From the human T2T-CHM13v2.0 reference genome, Homo sapiens, in assembly GCF_009914755.1 (NCBI RefSeq), contig NC_060926.1: 64,000 nt of DNA; one strand, given 5' to 3'. The position numbers and the translations under genes are program-made. The notes under the pieces are model-generated. The model did not search any database. It was not told the origin of the DNA and saw only the letters and a list, made by a program, of their open reading frames with translations. This document shows positions 54,110-64,000 of this stretch, piece by piece (positions within the stretch are counted from its first letter, which is position 1; each line of letters opens with the position of its first letter).

Positions 54110-54310
54110 TGGGCAGGTATTTAGTATTCATATTGTGTGGATTCATATCCATACTCTGCCACTCAGTATCTCTGGGATTTTGATGAATGATCAAACTCTC
54201 TGAGCCTCAGTTTTCTAATCTGTAAAGCAGAAATGATAATGGTATGTAGTGATAATTAAACAATTTACTAGTTGTAAGTGCTTAGAACAGTTCCTGGAAT
54301 AGAGAAAATT
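54110..54310 (+). mobile_element. MIR
   Basis: GGATTCATATCC..CTCTGCCACT..AACTCTCTGAGCCTCAGTTTTCTAATCTGTAAA..GTGCTTAGAACAGTTCCTGG. Confidence 0.8.
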
Positions 54311-55801
54311 TGCAGAGAGATTTTTATTGTTTACAATTTAGTTAATGGAATGGCTTCAATAATACAGTAAAATTAAGATATTCAAACAAGCAGGATGCAG
54401 GTGATGGGTATTGGCCTCAGCTTTAGAGACCAGAGGTTAAATCTCAATGCTGCCTGCCACAAAACGATCCATGTAAGTCAATAAACAATGCTTTTTAAAA
54501 TATTATTATAAAGATATAGTGTGTGGATCCCTCTCAATTGTCCATTCTTCCCTGTCACAAAAATTTGCCTGCTTTTCGTTACCATGTGAGAAGCAAATGA
54601 ATTGAACTAAATGGTTTCTAATGCCCTGTCCACCTCTAAAATTCTATAGAACTGTGATTTGATTCCAATGGGCCATATCAGGACTCGGCATTATTTTCAT
54701 CAGTGAACCATTTCATTAGAAATTTATTTTTCCAAATGATATTAGTAAATACTGAAGGAGGCTTCTCCCACAGAGCTTCTTGTACAAATTAAAACAGGGC
54801 AGTAGAAGGTTTTCAGGTTGGTGAAGTCAACTCTGGCTTTTAGTCAACCATTCCAAAAAAACATTTTCTTTAGAATCCAAGGGCTTGCAATTGTTCTGAA
54901 TAAAGCATAAAGAAGCTGTTCTGATTTATTAAATAAAAAGAGTACCAAATATATGATTTTTAAAATGTTTCAAAGTGCTTTTGTATTTATTTTTTCTACT
55001 TTGATGGTAATTTTTCAGAAGAGAGCTGCACTGGAAACCTGATATCCTAGGCTTTGCATTCATTATATGATTTACCTATAGGAGCAGATTACATGTCTTT
55101 GAGTCAACTCACTTATATGGTGCCTTTCTCTTGTGAACATTTAAATTTATTTCAAAAAGTTACTTGGGAAAAGTTAGTCCTCAAGCAGTCAAGTTATAGT
55201 TATAAAAAGAAAAATGAATTACACATCCAAACACAGTCTTGAGATTTAACAGCTTTTGTAAGCGACAGTTTTATTTCCATACATAGAGTCTTAATCATTG
55301 GCACATCCTACTCAAAACTATACATTGGGGATTAAATAATTATTTGAAACATTACCATGACATTTGCAAAAGCAAACATACTGGACTAAAAAGAAATATA
55401 CTTGTGGGAAGAAAAAAATGTTCAGCTATCTTATATTGCCTTGAGATTTTCTTATTAAAGATCCTTACAATATTGTGACACATAGGGGACATGTCCAAAA
55501 ACTGAAAAATGTTAGGAAATTTCAGTTTAGTAGTTTGGCTCATCTTGACTGAACATCGTGCCTGGTAAACCAAACAAATAATTGTGCAGGTGTCCATCAT
55601 GAGACGAAGAGAAATAGTTAACAACAAAAGCAAATTGGTCAATTCAGTCATATACTATCAGTCTTCTATTCCTCAATTTTTTAAATAAAGCAGTGGTACA
55701 GTGAAATTCAATTATTTTGCCAACAGATATATATGGAACATCTGCTGTGTGCTTTTACCTGTTGAATATTTCATAGGTTAAGATATGTCATCTGTCTGTG
55801 G

Positions 55802-56096
55802 TTTTTTTTTTTTTTTTTTGAGACGGAGTCTCGCTCTGTCGCCCAGGCTGGAGTCCAGGGACACAATCTCGGCTCACTGCAAGCTCCGCCTCCCGGGTTC
55901 ACGCCATTCTCCTGCCTCAGCCTCCTGAGTAGCTGAGACTATAGGCGCCCGCCACCAGGCTTGGCTAATTTTTTGTATTTTTAGTAGAGATGGGGTTTCA
56001 CCGTGTTAGCCAGGATGGTCTCGATCTCCTGACCTCGTGATCTATCTGCCTCCACCTCCCAAAGTGCTGGGATTACAGGCGTGAGCCACCGTGCCC
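55802..56096 (-). mobile_element. AluY (no TSD visible)
   Basis: CACTGCAAGCTCCGCCTCCCGGGTTCACGCCATTCTCC..GTTAGCCAGGATGGTCTCGATCTCC. Confidence 0.97.
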
Positions 56097-56149
56097 TTAA
56101 TATAGCAGGAGAGGTCACATGTAAACACACGAAATGATTCCTCCAGCTT

Positions 56150-56580
56150 CCTTCCTATCACCTTAGCCCAAGGCACCATCATCTCCTCCCCAGATTTCTG
56201 CATGTCCTGTCTGTTTCTTCATTTGCCCTTTTATAATATTTCTTCTACACAGGAGTCAGTGATCATCCATTGCATTTAAAATGAAACCTATACTGTTTAG
56301 CATAGGAGGAGGAGAAGGGTGAGGAGGAAAAGGAATCATGCTATTTTCCCTATCCCATAGCTTTCAAATTTCTCCACAGTCTGACCCTATCTCTCTTACC
56401 ACATCTCCTGTCACTTTTCACCTTGACCAGGCTGCAGTCTATCTTTTTCTGCAGTAATTAAGGCCGATGGGAGTAGCTGTCCTTATCTGTCTTGCTCTTT
56501 GTATCTGCATTGTCTAGAACAATGTCAGGCATGTAGGAAGCATATAATAAATATTTGTTTAAAATAATAAGGAATAAAAG
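56150..56580 (+). mobile_element. LINE-2 fragments
   Basis: CCCAAGGCACCATCATCTC..CCATTGCATTTA..TTTGTATCTGCATTGTCTAGAACAATGTCAGGCATGTAG..ATAAATATTTGTT. Confidence 0.7.
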
Positions 56581-56614
56581 AGTATTATGTACTTTCTATA
56601 TATTGGTAGGCTAA

Positions 56615-56953
<339 letters not shown>

Positions 56954-57019
56954 CAGAATAATCTTTTATAAAATCATAATACGTACCAAGTTCAAAAATA
57001 AAATAATTTTTAAAATAAG

Positions 57020-57610
57020 TGGGACAGTAAGCATAAGGTAGACCTCATGGGAGGTTAAGACTTGAGATGGGTCTAGAATAATAATCTGAATTCAATAGGT
57101 GAACAGGAGGGATGAAGTACAGCATTCTAGCACAGTACAAAACCAAACGTGAGCCAGGAGTGGGAGTAGATGTGTGAATATGTTTGGAAGAGGACATTAA
57201 GAAGGCCAAACTGACAGACCCATGGATTCAGACTAAGGAAGACTGGAAACTAAATGTGGATAAGAACAGCCAAACTATTAAAAGACTTCGGCAGATCAGC
57301 AAAGGAGATTATAATTGATTAAGTGGGAAAGCAAAATGGATTAAATGTTTTTGAGGAGATTGCCATCATAATAAAAGTAGTGCTTTAGGAAGATTCATCT
57401 TGCAGCACATGGAAGGTGGAATAAAGGAGGTAAATAACTTTAGGCCGGGATACCTGCTGGCCAATGTCAATCTTTGACAATGAGGTGATAAGGTGAGGGC
57501 CATAGTATGAAGTGACAAAGATAGTGAGAGAAAGCGGACCAAATCATAGAGGACAAAAACAACCGATGGTGTGAATTTGGGTATGCGAGAAGGGAGAAAG
57601 TTAGTCAAAG
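57020..57610 (-). mobile_element. LINE-2 relic
   Basis: CTTGAGATGGGTCT..AGCATTCTAG..GTGCTTTAGGAAGATTCATCT; boundaries approximate. Confidence 0.6.
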
Positions 57611-57904
57611 CTAATAAGACGCAATGTGTACTAGAAAACTCCCTTTCCAGCAGGAGACTGGAGACAAAGGAAGCCATATTGCTAAAGGTCAATCTTCTAC
57701 ACCCCAAACATAAAGGTTATCTGTGTGCCTTAATTTTCTATTTCTTTCTCAGTATTTGAACAAATTTAAAATATGTCATTCTAGAATCCTATTATTAGAA
57801 TATGGCTCTTTCAAAGTCTCTCAGTGAGTTATACATCTATATTTATAGCTTTCTTATCATCAATAAATCAATCAATAAAGTGTTTCGGTAGAATTTATAG
57901 GCTG

Positions 57905-58253
57905 TGTGTCATGAACATCCATTAAGGTGTCTTCCAGAACACCCCTTCTCTGCCTACTCCATTCACAGAAGTAGATCTGGCTGGCAATACCTGATTGGAC
58001 CTGACATGGGCACCTGTTTTAAGCTGGTCCAGTTAGAACCTGGCCTTGAGAATTTTAACCAGTAGACAGCAGGAAAAAAGGAACAGACACATGTTCCTTA
58101 CAGAACTCTAGAGAAAAAAATCCATGAGTTTGGAGTAGTTTTGTCTCCATCCCTTCAAGTGCTTCATTGTTCAAGTCTTTTTTCATTTCTTTTGTCCCTT
58201 TTTATCATCTTCTTGTTTCTATTGCATACAACTCAAAGAAATTTAATTAGTAC
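57905..58253 (+). mobile_element. Old MLT1 (L-like) MaLR LTR
   Basis: TGATTGGACC..ATGGGCACCTG..AAGCTGGTCCAGTTAGA..TTTCTATTGCATACAAC.CAAAGAA. Confidence 0.55.
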
Positions 58254-58969
58254 CTAGCATAAAATACTTATGGAACTTGCATCAAATGCAGATTCAGATG
58301 TTTCTAGTGGAACTGGAAATGAGAGCAGAACAAATGTAATTGTGGAGCTTGGAAAGAAAGCTTGCACATTAATAAAACCTTTTGCAAAACTCATCTAAAA
58401 CAGGCGAGCAACATTTGACTCATAAACACAGGATTAGGCTTCTGTTTGTCTTTCTCTTCCCAGAAGAGTGATGTTTTTGGTAGGAGGTTTTCCTATGTTT
58501 TCCCAATTTACCATCTCCTTCATCAAAGAAATAAAAACTTTTAAATTTGGAGGGTATAAGAACAGATGAGCTGTGGTTTCATTTTAAAAAGACAGAAAGG
58601 TATAAAATCTAAATCTCCAGAAACAAAATGTAAGTTAAGACATAACAGTTTAAACGGTGATGCTAGCTTCCCCTGGTAACTGGGATTCTAACAGCACAAA
58701 AGCTTAACAGGGTTGAGACACCCACTCTCTTATAGATGGAGAGAATATGAAAACAGCAGAGCCTGTTTTTGTTAAGTGGCACCCAAGGATGTTTCTACTC
58801 ACCCAGAATAGCACTTCAGTTCATTAACTAAAATACTTTTGTATTATGGTTGATTGGTTTTGTATTCACTTTACTTTGGAATATTTTATGAGATGCTTTC
58901 AGAAGTAAGCTTAAGAAAAACTGGGCTTTTAAAATAAGAATCAACAGGGTGGGAGGCGTTGGTATATTC

Positions 58970-59690
58970 TTTCATTTATTCATTTATTCAAAATATTTCT
59001 TATGCTGCCAGGTATCATGCTAACAAAGTGATTTCATAGACTGTTTGTTTGTTTGATTTAAGGATTTGGTTACTGCTTACATAAATCTTGCTCTGATAGA
59101 AAGGCAAACATTAAGCAAAGAATTGTATAATAATATGATTACAAACTGTGACAAGTAAACTGAGAGTAAAAGAAACTGACAGAAATATAATTTAGTTAGG
59201 AAAGCCTCTCTGAGGAAGTCTAGATAAGTGTGAAAGAATGACTGCATCTTAGCCAAGAATTGAAGAGAAATGGGATGGGTTTGGAGTCAGGGAAAGGGCA
59301 TTCTGGAAAAAGTGAAAAAACTTGTACGAAGGTTTTATGGCAGGAAAGAACTGAGTGCCTTTGAATAAATGAAAGGGGCCAGAGGGCTGGAGCTTAGTGA
59401 AGCAGGAGTAGCATACAATCAGAAGAGGCTGGAAAACGGGAAGACAAGATGACATAGGTCCTTACAGGGTAGGTTAGGGATTTGGGGTTTTATCTTGAGT
59501 GCAACAGAAAGCATGTCCTTGAAATGCTGGAAAGCCTATTCGGCCTGCTGTGTTGAGAACGGGTTGTTGCAATGAATTAATAGTAGAAGCAGGGAGAACA
59601 GTTTAAAGGTCGAGGCAGTACTCCAAGGAAAAGATGAGATGCCATCAATGGAGCAGTGATGGAGAAATGATAGCTGAGTTTTGGGATTAA
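58970..59690 (-). mobile_element. LINE-2
   Basis: TTCATTTATTCATTTATTCAAAATATT..TGCCAGGTA..AAAGCCTCTCTGAGGAAGT..GGGCATTCTGG..GGATTTGGGGTTTTATCTTGAGTGCAA. Confidence 0.8.
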
Positions 59691-59839
59691 TGCACTTCTA
59701 ATCCTCTAGATCATGCCTACTATTTGACTTGGGAAATTACTTTAAAAAGACATTTAAGGATAGCCATATGGCATCCTTCCATCACTATTCCATCTGAGGT
59801 GTTTTTGCTTGAGTATTTTATTTTGCTTTCTTTAAAAAC

Positions 59840-60790
59840 AAAGTTTTCTATAAAATGTTGAAAAATAAAATATGTATAGAAAAAAGAAAGTCGTTGCTAC
59901 ATCATTTACATGCATGTACACACACAAACATATATTTATCTAAAAAATAAAATTATATGAACTGCTTGTCACTGCTGTTTTACACTTAGCAATATGTCAA
60001 AGATATGTTTGCTTGTTAGATTCTGAAAATCCTGTTTCCTTCTAATGGCTTATTAGTCTTCTTACTCTATGAATCAACCATAACATATTCAATATAGGCA
60101 TTTAGGTTATTTTCAAATTTTTATTACTACAATAATGCTGCATTTCTATTATTACAAATTATCCTTTAGGGGACATCTTTATTTCTGAACACTTTGATAA
60201 ACACTTTAGAAAATATTTCTGTAAGATTAATTACTAGGAATAGAATTGTTAAGTCAAAGGGTTTAAATACTACATAAATGTATAAGTATTGGAAAGTTGC
60301 CCTCTCAACTGTTTTGTTTGAGATTCCAGCTGCTTTAACAATACTTTCAACAATACTGGACTTTTACTAATCTGATAAGGCTAAAATTATATCTCATTGT
60401 TGATTTGTGTTTAAATGACCACCAGAAAGGTGGAACATTATTCTGCATGTTGATAAACTACCTGTATCTTTTTGTCTGAACTTTCTGTTATACCCTACTT
60501 CCTTTTTGTGTTATATTGTTTGTCTGTTTCTTACTGTATTGTAGCAAGTCTTCAAATATTTTGGATATTAGCCTTTGAAGATGACATTTGATGCACATAT
60601 TTTCTTTTACACTGTTTTGTCTTTTCACATGCTCTTATAGGCTGTTTTATAGTGAAGCGGTTTTAATTTCATATTTAGGGAGTCAAATTTGTCCCCTTTA
60701 TAAATATTTTGACTATGAGGTTTTATATCTAAATCTTCCCTACCTACTATGTATCATTAAGTGCTTCAAAATAAGGAGAAACATGTATAA
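59840..60790 (-). mobile_element. Old L1M(E) fragment
   Basis: GGCATTTAGGTTATTTTCAAATTTTTATTACTACAATAATGCTGCA..GAATTGTTAAGTCAAAGGGT..TATCTCATTGTTG..TTTGGATATTAGCCTTTG. Confidence 0.75.
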
Positions 60791-62079
60791 TGTGTTCACT
60801 GACCTAGAAGCGATGGGCTTGAATTTCTAATAAGAAATTACACACATCAAAACATGGAGTCTGATAATATCATGAACATGCAATTAGTTATCTCTCACTG
60901 ATATAATTCACTAAATACTATCTAGGTGCTAGTCAAAAAGTTTAGGTTAATTGTTACCTGATAGTCCTAAGATAACCTACTCTTAATTAATGAGAAAAAT
61001 TGCTTCCACTTTTATAGGATGTTGTGAATTCTGGCCTGAGGACACAGCCTACAGTCCCTCTTTTAAAAGAATCTAGTGATAAACATTGTTTGTGACTTTT
61101 GTCTCCAGTAGCCAGTTCCTAAGCTAGTTATTACTAGGATCCCTATATACATTTAGACTAGAGACAACTGAACAAGTATTACCAAATCTGTGACAAACAA
61201 GAAGTAACTCAGCTTGATGATAAGCTATGATTAACAAAAATCATTTCAACTACCTTCATCTTGATGTATCATAACTGAATGCATTAAAAACAATACACAA
61301 CATTGAACCATAATTGCATTGCAGTTCTTTGAAGTGTGATCTCTCGGGTTCCTGATTTCATCCTCCTCCATGTAAAATGCTTCTAGACGGCATAATGTAT
61401 TCTTTACCATAGTTTTCCTTTTGATGATTCAGTGCAAACTATAGCAAATATATTCAAAAGATTATAGGAGCTTGTTTGATAAAGGCAATCAGGTCCTAAA
61501 TGTTTTTGAAATGAAATAATCCTATTAACTTGACTCAAAAGATTTTTTTTTAAAGATAGGTTGATGAACAAGATAGAAACTTGCAAGTTCCTGAGGCCAT
61601 TGGGAAAAGTATTTCCATGGTTCTCCTAGCAAGGAAAAAAGGAAGATATATGTACTCAACATCATCTTTGATAATTCCATTCTATTTGCTTCTTCAACAG
61701 TATCGTAAAGATTCCTACAATATTCCTGGGACAACAAAAAGAAGCCCTCCTAATCAAAGAATGTTGGGAAACATGGAACTAAAATAGCTAGAGTTAAGAG
61801 AGCTGTATTGCAGAAGAATCTTCAGGGCCCTTAAGATGTTGATATTCTTTGTTAATCTCTAAGAGAGAATATTGTTTGTTGCTTTCTGAAACCAGAATTT
61901 ATTTTCCAAAAAATAGAAATACCTCTGAACATTGCATGGATTTTGAGAACAACAATCTTGGATAGGCTGCCTCATGGAATTCATTTGTCTTAACTACACT
62001 GACTTCATGTCTTTCCCCTAAGACTAGAAAAATATTAGGTTTTCGTTCATCTCTTCTAAGATTTAATTCATCTCTTCTA

Positions 62080-62109
62080 AGGTAGCATGTCAGGCCTGAC
62101 ATGCTACCT
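62080..62109. repeat. Perfect 30-bp palindrome
   Basis: AGGTAGCATGTCAGGCCTGACATGCTACCT equals its own reverse complement. Confidence 0.98.
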
Positions 62110-63246
62110 ATGGTCTTCTTCAAGTTATCCTTTTAATTTCTGCTTCTTTACCTTTTTCTTCATATGAAAATGTTTAGGATTGCTTCATACAAAAATGCCA
62201 GTATTGTCACTGTACTGGTTCAGTTGTTTATGCATATATTTTATTGCCCATTTTATTTGTATGTACTAGTAGACTTTAATTTTATGTTTCTTGTTAAACC
62301 ATCAATACCTTCAGATTACTAAAACATATTCTCTATTTTCGGTGTAATTACCCTCCATCCTCCCCCAGCACACACACCGTCTAGAATGGTTCTCTGCCCA
62401 GCGTCGATCCCGGAAGATGTAGCTGCCTGACCTTATCTAAGAGTAATGTGCCGTTGCTGTGTGGGATGCATGAGTATGAGTTTACATGCGTGTTTGTGGA
62501 TGGTGACTGCCTCCAAGGGCAACACCTAAAGCAGGACAGAATCAATATTCAGCAGAGTCATTTCTTTGGCAGCTGAAATGAACCTGAAGGAATCTTGCTG
62601 TCACCAATACATTCTTGAACGCCTGCAACTGTAAATTCACCCACCCACCTGAACACGCTCAAGGGAAATAATTTTCTCAGCTTTGGAATGCATCCCCCTC
62701 ACAGTGGGTCAGATAAAAAGCCTCGAAGCAGTAACCGATGAGTAATGAGAGACTGAGAGAGTTGAGTCCAAGTGATATTTGCGGGAAGCTTCATTAGTCA
62801 GGGTGTAATGACAGGATTGAGGCTTAAGTGCTGCTCTTGAATATTCACCTTCTGCTACTTCATATATCCTTCCTCTGTCTTGTCATCAAAAGACAATAAA
62901 TTCCTTTTATTTGAGGGGCTAGAGAATGGGATGCTTTGGTTCATGCAATATTCTGGTTCCTGAGTACCGTCCCAATAGTTTAATAGTTAATTCTCATTAG
63001 CAATCGTTCTGCATTTTACTGGAAGGCTTTGGAAATAGTTATCTGGATGAATCAAGGATATTCAAGGTCTTGCAATGACAGGGGCATCATCAGGAAATTT
63101 CCATGCAAAGTACTGCACATACAAAAAACAAGCTAAAACTGTTCTGACCATAACACATACCTTAGATGTTGTTGATTTGGAAATAAACCTTATTTCCATT
63201 ATTTCCATTGTCCATGTCACCCACAAAAATGAACCATGAATTAATT

Positions 63247-63295
63247 TTTTTCTATGCCATTTAGTTGATGTTTCTTTTTCTATGCCATTTAGTTG
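63247..63295. repeat. Perfect 21-bp direct repeat with 7-bp spacer
   Basis: TTTTTCTATGCCATTTAGTTG at 63247-63267 and 63275-63295. Confidence 0.97.
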
Positions 63296-64000
63296 CTCGG
63301 TAGTAAAAAAACAGAGTTTATTCTCTATTAAGCAGTTTTCTGTGACAATAATGAGCCTATCATTGCATTTTAATTTTCAATTGAAGTGTTCTCATCAAAG
63401 AAGCAGGCTGTTGTCCAAAATGAGAAATTGCTGACCCTTTCTGGGCTTCTCTCCACTGGAAGTAGGCCCCTCCAAACATGGACACAGCTCAACCCCACTT
63501 AGTTCCTCAGAGCAGATGAGGTCATATCCTGGTGCCGTGGCGCTCTGCTCTGTACAGTCCCAATAATCTGACCATTGCTTGTGTGAAAAGTAATGCTCAG
63601 AATTTTAGATTGTACAGCTAGCTAACAGAGGAGGGTACTGTCTGTGTGGGGAACACTACATGATTCATATTTACTTTGAAAAATTAGAGTCATATTTCTC
63701 TGGTGTGTCAACAGTGATGACTGAAAGCAGATTGCAGATTCTTTGTACTAAACTAGAGGGAAAAAGTTGAGAGAGAGAGTGCACAGGACAGCAAATGAGA
63801 CTTCTCTTCAAGCAGAGAGGACTATATTCCTAGCAAATATACCTAAATCAAGTGCATAGTCCTTGGAATGTAATAGTGTAAACTCATGATGTGAGAGAGG
63901 CCATAGTAAGAGGAAAATGTGAACAGAAATAATTATTCTTGGCTAGCTAGGAACAGAAATGAACTGACGGCATTGAGGACATCTGAATGTTTGTGTGAGG

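Overview
Primate (human-like) AT-rich, CpG-poor non-coding genomic DNA. No protein-coding exon, RNA gene, CpG island, CRISPR array or prokaryotic-type system can be supported; the listed ORFs are short and most of the longer ones lie inside Alu or LTR repeats. The window is an interspersed-repeat mosaic: 13 Alus (AluY/S), L1PA and L1M fragments, L2/MIR/L3 relics, 11 MaLR/ERVL solo LTRs or fragments, and DNA-transposon relics (MER46C x3, MER20, MER5B x2, MER119, Tigger3a, MER117, MER58A, MER103C, MER45, half MADE1). Family and subfamily names come from recalled consensus sequences, not from a search. Most notable: (1) all 11 recognisable LTRs lie on the + strand, suggesting an intron of a long minus-strand transcript, with candidate minus-strand exons (best 27368-27492); (2) a tail-to-tail inverted AluY pair only ~85 bp apart; (3) a perfect 30-bp palindrome fused to a 15-bp direct repeat at 62046-62109; (4) three co-oriented MER46C copies. 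I found no convincing novel biological system.
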